Source: Yuukianura sp. NJ FZ-2021 (Eukaryota). From it: a stretch of DNA of 64,000 nucleotides. The stretch is from contig CM102283.1 in the NCBI GenBank assembly GCA_046563655.1, positions 1,612,001-1,676,000 of the forward strand. The letters run 5' to 3'. How positions within the stretch are numbered: the first letter of the stretch is position 1; each line of letters starts with the position of its first letter. The notes under the pieces were generated by a model that saw only the letters and a program-made list of their open reading frames with translations, had not been told where the DNA came from and made no database searches. Positions 22,472 through 34,800 of the stretch are shown here, piece after piece. The translations under genes were made by a program, and so were the position numbers.

Positions 22472-24591
22472 GCCGCTGCCCAACCATGAAAGATCCTTGT
22501 CTCTTAGGCGGGTTTCAGTACACGGGAATGTGCAACTGTGCAAGCAACCCGCCTCAACACTGCACCCGCCCGGAAGAAAAATGCAACGCATGCGTATTCC
22601 AGGGTTCTGTTTGCTCAAACGAACCTGGTGGGCCGAAATGCTGCCCAATTCTGTCTGGTCAGGCGTACTGCAACTCTCGCACGAGAAAGTGTGAAGCGAT
22701 TGGCTACTGCACTGGAGCTAACTGTCCATTCGATGACCTCAGTCCACAAGAAATCAAAAGTGCAGTCAACGTCATTCAGTCCTCCAACATCTTCCTGCCA
22801 GGTCAAATCCAGTTTCCAGTCATCCGAACTTTGGAGCCATCAAAATCTGATTGGATCGCTGGAAAACCCAATCAGCGAATAGCCTATGTCGCCGTCTTTG
22901 ACATTCTGACCAACACTTTGTTCGAAGTTCTTGTCGACCTTAAGCAGCAAACAATTTTGAAGAAAACTCCGCTTCCAGGTCAGCTGCCTCTGGCCATCTC
23001 AGAGGAGCAAAGCACTGCGACGAATGTAGCCATGGCTGACCCAAGAGTTCAGCTAGCATTTAAGCGCCGCGGTTTGAAACCCGAATTTGGTTGGTTTGGT
23101 TGGCACGGTTTGGGAGCTGTCGGGACACCCATTGGCCAGCGATGGTTGCGGGGAATTGCATTCTACAAAGATCTAAAGCTGGGTTGGAGCAGGCGTACAG
23201 TCGAAGGGCTTCTAGTTACAGTCGATGTACAGAAATTGGCAGTCGTAGAATTTTTTGACACCGAAACACCTCCACTCCCACCCACTCCGCATATTCTTGA
23301 CACGCCTATAACTCCGCCTCTAAAACCACTCAAGATCAGCCAATCAAAAGGCAGTTCCATAGAGATCAGAGGTCAGCAGATCAGTTGGTACAAGTGGAAG
23401 TTCATGTACTCCATGGACCCTGTCTACGGACTACAGCTTTTTCATGTTCGCTACCAAGCTGACTGCGAAGAAAGACTTGTTTTGTACAAAATTTCAATTT
23501 CGGAGGTAATCACGGCCTACGGTGTCCAAGGCTTGCAGTGGCGTTGGCGTAGATACCTGGACGCAGGAGAGTATGGGCTGGGAATTTTAGCTCTAGCTCA
23601 AGTTATGGGAAAAAATGTACCGGAAAATACGATTTTGCTGAACTGTTCGTTGTACGACGCGTTCAACGGCATACCGACTCCAACAAATCCTAAAGTTCTT
23701 GAAGGATGCATCGCTGCGTATGAGCGTGACAGTCAAATGTTGTACAACTACGTCGATATTGGAACCGGAAAAGAATTTAGACGGCGCGGTCGAGAGCTTG
23801 TGCTTAGTTTTTACTCTCAGCTTGGCAACTACGGCTTTACTTTTGAATACATTTTTCATATGGACGGAGTTCTGCAAAGTAACGTAAGATTAACAGGAAT
23901 TTTGCAGCCACGGGGCGTGTCTAAAACAACGAATGATCCTAGTTGTTTAGAGTCGTGCACCACACCTGTTGACGACTACATAACTGGTCCAATCCACCAA
24001 CACTTTTTCAACTACAGAATTGATCTAGACGTGGATGGACCACAAAACTATGTTTTCCAGTCTGATGTCAGCCTTGATCCGCGTGGACCAGAAAATCCTG
24101 ATGGCGGTGCATTTTCTGCCAAAAAGAAAATTTTGAAAACGGAGTCGGCGCATGATGCTAACATCAAGACAAGTCGTACATGGCATGTTGTCAACGCCAA
24201 CAGTCGAAACCGGTTTAACTCTCCGCGAGGTTACGTCGTACAACCCACCTCGATCGTATACCACTTTGTCAACCGTTACAATCCTTACATATCACGGACA
24301 GAATTTTTGCGACATGCTTTTTGGGCCACGGTGTACAAAGATGAGGAACAGGGTGCTGCTGGTACTTTTCCGAGAAGTGGAATTCCATATCAAGGTCTTC
24401 CAGAGTACATCCAAAACAAGGAATCACTGGAGAATGAAGATGTCGTTGTGTGGCATACGTTTGGTCTGACGCATGTCACGAGACCCGAAGAGTGGCCAAT
24501 CATGAACGTCCATAATGCTGGATTCTCATTGGTTCCTTTTAACTTCATGTCGCAGAACCCCGAAGTACCGCAGAAAAAACATTGCTCCTAA
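21871..24591 (+). CDS. Copper amine oxidase copy 5 (intact, ~723 aa)
   Basis: Exon 1 21871-21922 (MFFVRLLLFWLAFDKTL-G), exon 2 22472-24591. Motifs RRYLDAGEYG, LGNYGF (Tyr 23830-32), HQH and GLTH. Confidence 0.93.
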
Positions 24592-24943
24592 TGTTCTTTC
24601 TTTCTCAAAAATTATCACTCTAATTGTTATTTCATTCAAATTCTTATAATAACCATCTAATTTAATAAAAATGGACAGTTCTTCAAAATTTTAGTTTTTT
24701 CTAACTCAATTAAATTAAATTTCACCGAACACGTTCTGTTTAGTGTAAGCTTTCCAATTTTTGGGGATAAAATTTCAACGTTCAACGTCCTGAAATGAGG
24801 TTGAATTTTAATTGCCATTCTTTTAGTTCATTGAATTTAAATATTTCCCAAATCGAGGAAAAGACAAATTGAGATATTAGTTTTTTTAACTGTTGAAGTC
24901 CCGTTTTGGATTTATTATATGGTTTAAATAGAAAATTTTGAAA

Positions 24944-27412
24944 ATGTTTTTCTTGTACGTTATCTTACTTTGTTTAGAACTGTGCAAAACGTTGGGTAAG
25001 TTACCGTTACGTACAGAAATTTCTCGTAATACTAATGAAATTCAGTTTTTGTTGTGTTTCCATACTCCGTAATGTATGCAAGAAAATGATTGGAAAAAGC
25101 ATTAGTTTTCTGTAACTTTGTCTGAAAGTATCAAAACAATTAACTTGGAAGTGAAACTAATTTTTTCAATACTAACAACAGTTCAGAGTTTTGAAAACAA
25201 TTTCTTTCAGGTTGCTGACCAATTATTACAACCAAAATATGAATAATATGTATAATAAGAGTTTGGCGATGCTTTTTTTTTTGAAATCTTCGCAGCCCTC
25301 TGCCCAACCATGAAAGATCCTTGTCTGCTGGGCGGGTTTCAGTACACGGGAATGTGCAACTGTGCAACCAACCCACCTCAACACTGCACCCGCCCGGAAG
25401 AAAAATGCAACGCATGCGTATTCCAGGGTTCTGTTTGCTCAAACGAACCTGGTGGGCCGAAATGCTGCCCAATTCTGTCTGGTCAGGCGTACTGCAACTC
25501 TCGCACTAGAAAGTGTGAAGCAATTGGCTACTGCACTGGAGCTAACTGTCCATTCGATGACCTCAGTCCACAAGAAATCAAAAGTGCAGTCAACGTCATT
25601 CAGTCCGCAAACATCTTCCTGCCAGGGCAAATCCAGTTTCCAGTTATCCGAACTTTGGAGCCATCAAAATCCGATTGGATCGCTGGAAAACCCAATCAGC
25701 GAATAGCCTATGTCGCCGTCTTTGACATTCTGACGAACACTTTGTTCGAAGTTCTTGTCGACCTTAAGCAGCAAACAATTTTGAAGAAAACTCCGCTTCC
25801 AGGTCAGCTGCCTCTGGCCATCTCAGAGGAGCAAAGCACTGCGACGAATGTAGCCAAGGCTGACCCAAGAGTTCAGCTAGCATTTAAGCGCCGCGGTTTG
25901 AAAATTGAACTTGGTTGGTTTGCTTGGCGCGGTTTTGGAGCTGTCGGGTCACCGATTGGTCAGCGATGGTTACGCGGAACTCCGTTCCACAAAGATCTTA
26001 AGTTTGGTTGGAGCAGGCGTACAGTCGAGGGGATTCAGGTTATAGTCGATGTACAGAAATTGGCAGTTGTAGAATTTTTTGACACCGAAACTCCTCCGCT
26101 CCCACCCACTCCGCATATTCTTGACACGCCGATAGCTCCGCCCATAAAACCGCTCAAAATCAGACAACCAGAAGGCACTTCTATAGAGGTGAAAGGTCAA
26201 CAAATTAGTTGGTACAAATGGAAGTTTATGTACTCCATGGACCCTATCCACGGACTACAGCTTTTTCACGTTCGCTACCAAGCTGACTGCGAAGAGCGAC
26301 TTGTTTTGTACAAAATTTCAATTTCGGAGATCATCACAGCCTACGGTGCCCAAGGTGAGCAGTGGCGTTGGCGCAGATACCTCGACGCTGGAGAGTTTGG
26401 GCTGGGCATTTTAGCTCAAGGGCAGGTCATCAAAAAAGATGTACCTGAAAATACGGTTTTGCTTAACTGCACGTTGTACGACTCATTCAACGGCATACCA
26501 ACTCCAATGAATCCGAAAGTTCTTGAAGGATGCATCGCTGCGTATGAGCGTGACAGTCAAATGTTGCACAACTACGTCGATATTGGAACTGGAAAAGAAT
26601 TTAGACGTCGCGGTCGCAAGCTTGTGCTTAGCTTTTACTCCCAGGTTGGCAACTACGGCTTTACTTTTGAATACATTTTTCATATGGACGGAGTTCTGCA
26701 AATTAACGTAAGGTTAACAGGAATTTTGCAGCCACGAGGCGTGTTTAAAACAACAAATGATCCAAGTTGTTTAGAGTCGTGCACCACATCAGTTGACGAC
26801 TACTTAACTGGTCCCATCCATCAACACTTTTTCAACTATAGAATTGATCTAGATGTGGATGGACCACAAAACTATGTTTTGCAATCTGATGTCAGCCTTG
26901 ATCCCCGTGGACCAGAAAATCCTGATGGCGGAGCATTTTCCGTCAAAAAAAAATTTTTGAAAACTGAGTCGGCGCATGATGCTGATATTAAGAAGAGTCG
27001 TACGTGGCATGTTGTCAACGCCAACAGTCGGAATCGGTTTAACTCTCCGCGGGGTTACGTCGTACAACCCACCTCGATCGCATACCACTTTGTCAACCGT
27101 GACAATCCTTACATTTCGCGGACAGAATTTGTGCGACATGCCTTTTGGGCCACGGTGTACAAAGATGAGGAACAGGGTGCTGCTGGTACTTTTCCGAGAA
27201 GTGGAATTCCATATCAAGGTCTTCCAGAGTACATCCAAAACAAGGAATCACTGGAGAATGAAGATGTCGTTGTGTGGCATACGTTTGGTCTGACGCATGT
27301 CACGAGACCCGAAGAGTGGCCAATCATGAACGTCCATAATGCTGGATTCTCATTGGTTCCTTTCAATTTCATGTCGCAGAACCCCGAAGTACCACAGGAA
27401 AAACGTTGCTAA
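24944..27412 (+). CDS. Copper amine oxidase copy 6 (intact, ~722 aa)
   Basis: Exon 1 24944-24995 (MFFLYVILLCLELCKTL-A), exon 2 25296-27412. Motifs RRYLDAGEFG, VGNYGF (Tyr 26654-56), HQH and GLTH. Confidence 0.93.
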
Positions 27413-27579
27413 GTGTACGCGTTCATTATATTTAATAATTTTTGTAAGCTATGTGTTTGGAGGCTAGAAATTTTGGCGCAAACTAAATCAAAATTTAGTT
27501 AAATATTTAATTTAGCGCCACAATTACTTCAAATCAACTTAAAATCTTAAATACTTATTATAAAATTCAAATTAACTTC

Positions 27580-29550
27580 TTAGACTAATGTATTTAGTAA
27601 ATGTGTGAGAAAATTTGAATTATCGTCGTCGTTACTAGAATGCAGTGAACTTTTCCCGCTATCCGAATTTGAATCGTTTTCATCTGCGCGTGGGTTTTTT
27701 CCAACCAGACAATGGCCCAAATTCGGCACGAAATTTGAGTTTGTTGATGATGGTGCGGCTACGATGCACAAGCTTTTGAATTTCGTAGTGACGTCATCCA
27801 CAATTTCAAAATTTTCAAAATCAGGAGGTTCTCTGGCATTGAATTTTTGAAGAATATTTTGAAATTGTGACTCCTCTGAATGTAGCTGCTGCGTAATTTG
27901 AGCCAACAGTTCTTGTTTCGAGTCTAATGAAAGTTCAATTGAGTTTAACAATTTTTCATTTTGTTCAATTTCTAAACTTTGTTGTTCCGTCAACTGCTTG
28001 ATTCTAGAAAGTTCAAATTCCGTTTCCTTCAGTTTCCCGGCTTCCCATTGGTCGGATTCGGACGAAGATAATTCTTCATCTTCATCCAACATTTGAACAA
28101 GTTCTAAAAAGCGTTTCTTTTCCCGCTTTAATTTTTGGTTGAGGTGACGAATTTGTACTGTAAGTTCTATTTCATCCGGATCTTGGAAAGTTCTGGCCAA
28201 AGAGGATTCTGCGCAGTCGTTTACTTTTTCATTTTGTTTGAACATGTTTGATTGGTCGGGGTGTTTGAACATTTTGATTGGTTGAACTTGACACTTTTGT
28301 TTTTGTACTTGATTGATCTTGATCTTGTAGTCTGTGATCTGCTGCTCTTTTTTCTGTAACTTGAGAAGCTGATTTTTGATTGTCTGGCGTTGCAGCATCA
28401 CCTCAAGTACGAGATGCTTCAAAGCGTATTTCCTGGGGGAGCTCTCAAGCAAATCATCCTAGAAGGAAATTACGACAAAAAAAAATGTTTTTTTTTTTTA
28501 AGATTTCAAAATTTTGTGTTTCGATTAGAAACACAAAAATTTCATCTTCCTTTGTTTTTATCTTTTTCTTTCAATGTTTTACCGGCAGTGTTGTCCTTGT
28601 TTTGTTTCTGGAGCCATTTTTCAAATGCTCGTAAATAGGATCTGGAGATGCAGATTTCTGTTTTAAAGTGAAACTGACTTCCGGGCATTTGGAACCCCAC
28701 GCTTCAAAAAGATCCAAAATCCGCTCAGTAGGGTCCAGTTTCCGATCAATCTGAAATTGAATGCGAAACAGAATTTATTCTGAAATTCCAACATTTTAAA
28801 AATTTAACAAATTCAATAGTTAAGCAAGGTGACTCCACCTTACACGCCGTTGTGTTCCGCAACATACCGGAAACAATTTGAGAAAAACAAGACGGAGTTG
28901 CATCAAAACACGAAAAATCTCAGACCGTAGAACATTAACATGTTACGCTTTGATGCTACATTTGTTTCATCTTGTGCAACTCACTTGCACTTCCTTGTAT
29001 GTTGCACAAAAAAATTCAATGTTTTTATTTCGAAAAAGGATAAAAAAAACTTCGTAAATTTCAGTAATTTTTTGTTTTCTACTTTTATCCACTCCTCAGT
29101 TTTATCTTTGCAAATTTTTGCTTTTCCTTTCTTCTAACAAAAATTGTTTCCAGTTTCTGCATTTTTTTTTGAAAACTATAATAATGATACGTAAATAGTA
29201 ATTTGTAAATCAACTTTTTGTTTTCGGTTTACCTTTCTCCATTTTTCGACGAGGTAGAAATGTGAACTGTGACCCCTGTGCAGATGACGTTGTGACGACT
29301 GCAACACGGCGTCAATGATATCTTGACACGTCGTCATCCTGGTCACTCCACTCACGACAGTCCGTTTCCGTCTGCGTCCCGATTGACCAAGTCCACTTCC
29401 GATCCAAACTGGGATGTGAGTGACATGCGCCTCAGCAGCTTCTGCGCAATCCTCCAACTCCTCCACTTCTGCTGACTCCTGTAGCCCATGGCTGTCGTTA
29501 TTTGAAAGATTCGAGTCACCGGAATGCAGATGAAGAGAACTTGTCAACAT
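27580..29550 (-). CDS. N-terminal Ras-association domain protein, RASSF9/10 (meru)-like
   Basis: Exons 29550-29233, 28750-28583, 28458-27580. RA domain IPVWIG...VSGVTRMTTCQDII...YLVEKWRK|IDRKLDPTERILDLFEAWG; coiled coil; C-terminus DSNSDSGKSSLHSS...NTLV, typical of RASSF9/10. Confidence 0.85.
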
Positions 29551-31860
29551 AATCTCGTGATCTCAATCACAATTTCACGACTTGACTGACAACCCACAGT
29601 GTGACACCTTTTTTGGTTCACGAAAACTTGATTCAAGCTAACTTCAGCACCAAAAGTAGCACGGTAGACAAAGTTTTACCAAGTATTTGTAATTTTTAAA
29701 CCCAAAAATTTTAAATTTTAAATTCCCGGAATTCCAAGGTTCCAATTTTTACAAAGTTTGTTTTTGATTCAAAGTGAAGAATGTAACTGACGATGAAACT
29801 GTAAGTATCATTTGGAGTTGCTCAAACAGCCTTAGGGAACCGACCAATTAGAGATATTCACTTTTCCTTAGCAAAAATGCAGAGAGATGCAGAGATGAAA
29901 TTCGAAATTTGCGTATCGCGTGACCCGAATGACCTCCCCCTGACTGTTTTTTGTGTACTGCACAAGAGTGTTCCACCCTTCCGCTTGATTCTTATTTGTA
30001 ATAGTTGGAAAGATGAAATGCAACAATAGATTTGATGGTGGGGGAGCGACTGTTCAAATCTGTCTTCATCCCTCAGACGACCAAAATGCGTGAAGAATGA
30101 ACCCAGTTCAACCTTCTGCACCATCAGACATCTCTCGAGCAATGTGATGCTGGTGGAGATAATCTTGAGAGACTGGTTGAACGCAACCGGAACTGCACAT
30201 CTTGTACTCACAAACCAAAAAGATTTTACGCCCTCCCAGTTCGACGCAGTATCTAATGCTAGGAACGTGTTGAATTTTGATCAAACTCATTCTTTCGAAA
30301 GCAATTCCAAACTAAACCTGACCTCCCTAATTTTTACCTTATTGAATTTATAACTTTGTTTAATAACAAGTCGCCAGGTTCAAGCTATAGTACATGAAGC
30401 CTTACCTCCTCATTTTTACAACAAGATAACCTGGGCTAAGCTAAACCAAAAATAAACCTACACCTTAGGCGGAGTATTAAGCTTAATAAATTTATCATTT
30501 CTTGTTGTATTTTTTTTTTTGAAATATTTCTTTCTACAGCTTTTGCTTGAAAAATTTCTCTCCTTTTATTTTCTGTATAATTTTAATTTTCAAGTTATGT
30601 TTCTGTGTAAAATCTTTATTATTATTACCCTCTTTTAGGTTCTCACTAATGAAATTGCGACAGTTTAATGGACAATGGATACAATGAGGGTACGCTTTAG
30701 TGCACTTCAACCAGACTAAATTTTGACATAGAGGATGGTGGATGATGGCAATTGTAACTTTTTTCTTAAGCACATTGCATGACTAGGAAGTAAATAATCT
30801 TTTGTTAAACCGTGTTAAAATGAACAACAACAAAAGCTTTTTTGTGCTTTTTGAATCTTCCCATAAACTTAAAAGCTTAAAACCGTATCGCCTCAAAAAA
30901 TCTTGCGGAAATATTTTGAACAATTTACTTCAAATTTCGTGGAAACAAAGTACAAAATTTGGATGTAAATTACACTCTTGCTTGCAAAACAAACCTTTTT
31001 TCTTCAAAAGTTGCACATTGGTGCAAAACCAATTCGCACGTTAAAAGTAAACGGAACTTAAAAGTAACAAGTTTGAAATTCAATTCATGATTTATGACTC
31101 ACCAGTACAGAAGAAAAAGCAAATAAAAAAATCAGGTTTGCAATTAACAAACTGCATTAAATCAAGATTTGCTCATTAGCAAAACACTTTTTATGTCTAA
31201 CTGCAATTATTGTTCAACCTACAAATGTCAAAAGTAATCCAGAACAAATTCTGCATAAAATATAGTTCAACAACAAGTTCTTTTGTTTTTGAAAATGTTT
31301 CGTGTTCGTTTTAAATTTTGTAATTTGCGTGTCGATTAACGACTCAATTCTGTGTCAATTTTGGCCCAAATACTAAAACTGCTACAAAAAAAAATGAAAC
31401 AAGTCCATTAAATGACTGTTTACGAAACTTTTTTTTTTAGAAATATTTTTGTCATGTTTATTTTCTAAAGTTCTTGTTTAGTGGAATGTTTGTAGGCCGA
31501 TTTACTGTTTATCACTTTGCTGTTTACAAGGTATTAGATTCGTTTTTAGAGAAGGAATGATTGTGATACGAACAAGTAAAGTTTTTCATTGCGCTGGCGC
31601 TCCTCCTAGAGGATAAAAAATTTCGTCACAATTTTCCCGGAATGTTAAAATTTTAGCGCAATTTTTGAAAGTTTCGTTCGTGCCCAAACCCTCATTTTCG
31701 TAAGAATTGTCAGCGGTTGGTCTCCTACTCCTAGTCAGAGGTGACTGTAACATTAAATATAATCAAGAGTTAAAACTAATTGAACATTTCAATTAAATTT
31801 TAAAACTAATTGACGCTACAACTAATTCACAATTTAAATTCAGAGGTGAAAATTTTGGAC

Positions 31861-34800
31861 TTACGAGGATTCCATGAAACTGTCAGTAGAAGGCAAACTA
31901 CTTGAAATCGGCGTGGCTTGTTGCGAGTGGCGGGTTTTTGGCGGAGGTGGGGCTGCTGTGGGGGGTGGTGGGGGTGGGGCATCGGTTTGGGGTGGGGGTG
32001 GGACTGTAAATTTGGGGGATGAAGAGGCTGTGACGTCTGAGCATGTGCTGCTGACGCTAACGGAGTAGTCTTCTCCTGGGGGTGCGGAGGCTGGTGGGTG
32101 GTGGGTTTCGGTGTTCCGTTCGAGGTCACTGACACCACAAAGGAAAAGTGAGGTAGTAGAGGACACGCCGGAGGAACTACGCATGCTCTCAATACTACAA
32201 CGAAACAAAAGTGTAACTTAAAATAACAGTGGTTACTAAAGTGGTTACTATAACTACACAGTGGTTACCGTGGAGGTTACTACTACAATGGTTGAAGGGT
32301 TACTACTTAACTACTTCCATTTTCACCTGAAAAACTGTTGGCTTCTGAGTGGATCGGCTGACGCCAGAGGGCGTGCCTCTGCACAGTCGCTCTGCTGTGC
32401 TCCGCAGTTCCATGACAAACGCTTATAAATTGAAGAGTCCTTCATCACTTCTTTCTAAAATTTCACAAAAGTTGTACATCTAGTTCAATTTTTTCAAAAT
32501 TTCAAATTTTTTATTCAAAATTTTGATATTTCATATGTACCTTAATATCCTCGATGGCACCAGCAGTGTAGTACCGTTTCATATCCGACCTTTCGGATCG
32601 TGTTAACCGTTTTGGAGGACAGCCACCGACACAATTCAATTCTTCTTCAGGCGATGTGCTATCGGTTTTAGACAACTTCAAACCGGTATCAGCATCACAC
32701 TGTCCGGAATCAGGGCACGGTGTGCCTAAAACACAAAACAGTGACCATGTGACTCGGACTGCTCTATTATCTAATGCCGAAGCGAACTTACCGCTTTTCA
32801 AATTTGGAACTTGAATGTCGAAGCTGCTTTTGGCGACCTCTGTGCTTGAAATGTTTCGTGACTTTATCAACGGTGGATTCCTGGCTCCAGTTAGAGCCTC
32901 TGAGCGGGTTAAATTTCTAGGTGAAGGAGGTGGGTAGGAGACCCCACGGTGGGTGGGGCTCAGCAGCCCCTTGGGCACCACCAGAGAATGAATAGAGTAC
33001 GTCTGTGGAAGAGATTCCGAGGCCGAAGACAAGTTTGGCAAAGATTGTCCGGAGAGACTCCCCGAAGGAACTTTTACTGAAAGTCTGTTCGGTGTGGGTG
33101 ATTTGGACAGGAATGTTCGTCTGAAAATGTCCAAGGTCAAAACACAAAACCTCAAATATTGAAAAGGTCAAAGGTCAACTAAATCTTGGTATATGCACCT
33201 TTCAGCTCGTGGTGACGTTCGTGCTGGAACGCCTTCTGTGCATGGTGACCTGCCTTTATGACTGTCTCCACCACCATTTCCTGCGTCGTCGGAACTAAAA
33301 CTGGATGCGCGATGTTCATGTTCAAAACTGACACCGCGAGATGGCACGTTTGATGCTTCGTTCATTTCAATGGAACCACTATGTGAGTGAACGAGACTTG
33401 ACAGCTGACTAGTGTAACTTGAAAAGTCGCGCGGAGAGCGCGAAGTTAAAAAGTTCGCGTTCCAGGGTTCCTGATCTTCCAAGCTGTCGCCCACAAAATC
33501 TGTTGTCTCCTAAAATTGACCAATTCAAAAAGAAATATATGAAAAAGCAAACTATTTTGTTTCTTGAAAAAAAAAGGCTTTGAAAATATTTTTTTTTCAA
33601 AAAATTTACCTTTCTCTTCGCTTCCAGAAAAAGTTTTTGAGCTTTTTTGATATTGTCCAACCAAGTTTTAACCATTTTGTTATCGGTAGCATGAAGCGTC
33701 AAGGCAGCACATGCTGTGCCGTATTCGTTGAGACAGACGATACCGAATGCACTCGGATCCCGACTCAACTCTTTCGGAACAATTCGGTCTACTGGAAACG
33801 GCGGCCGAACGACCTTGACTTTCTCAGCTTTTCGACCCGTAGATTTGCATACCAGAAACATGTCAGTGAACAGGAAACAGTGGGCATCAATCTGCCAAAT
33901 TCAAAATTTTTGGAAAAAATTACACGTCAAAATTAAAAATGAAAATTTTTAAAAAATTTCAAAAATTTTGAATTCTGACCTTTGTGTTGGCATCTTTGAC
34001 CTTGAGGTCACCTTCAAAAAGAAACGCTCTACCTGCTGCCCCGCACCCTGGCATGGGGTGGAACAGGTCAAGACTCGAATGTGCCCGGACGACGCTCTCC
34101 AGCTCTTCTTCCCGTGTTTCCTAGGGAACGACATAAAACTCATAAAATAAACTAGGAATTGACCAAGGTTTATTGACTTCTAATTTTCTTTAACAGGTTG
34201 GATAATACCTCATGTTTTTTCAATTTTGCAAGAAAAAGCATCTTTCCATTTCGGTGCATCGTGTAGTCATAACAATACACTTTTAAATTTTGCATAGGAT
34301 TTTTTTTTGGATTGGTACTACATTATTGGTACTCATTTTTTTCCGTTTTTTTTTGTGAACAAGCGAGGTAGTACTCAACCTGTTAAAGAAAATTAACTTT
34401 TCGTTGTCAAGGAACCTTGGAATTGGCAGTACCGCCGCGCTGGCCCGTAAATTCAAAATTGTTCAAAAGTTTTATGACGACCTTTACGACCTGCACTGGA
34501 ATAGTCTCTAAACTACTCAGAATTCATAGCCGCCTGCCTTACTATAGACAGTTGCCCAAAGCAGGATAAAAGTTCTATAGTTGGGCAAAAGTACTATAGA
34601 ATTCGTAGTCTTTATTATAGGTGGGCAACAAACAAATTAAAACTTAGCACACGTCCGCTGTCACAGCTTCGCTCCATTTATCACCTCCAGAAAAAACTTT
34701 TACGAGGATCACTTCAACCTAACTCAAGTATTCCCTCCACAAAAACACAAACTTTTTTTGTCATCACTCACAAACACACGGGTCAAAATACAGTATGTAT

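Noticed and set aside
12344-27293. Recurrent short alternative-frame and antisense ORFs inside the oxidase copies (e.g. MDVLWKTLIWN...)
   Set aside because: They recur only because the underlying DNA is near-identical; lengths vary between copies and no motifs are recognisable.
11700-27412. Array as bacterial contamination or purely an assembly artefact
   Set aside because: Spliceosomal introns, signal exons, a eukaryotic MITE insertion, copy-specific divergence and continuous AT-rich host-like spacers argue for real integrated paralogues.
29858-30353. Coding-looking stretch between RASSF and the RhoGEF 3' end
   Set aside because: Stops interrupt every frame, no consistent exon structure and no recognisable homology.
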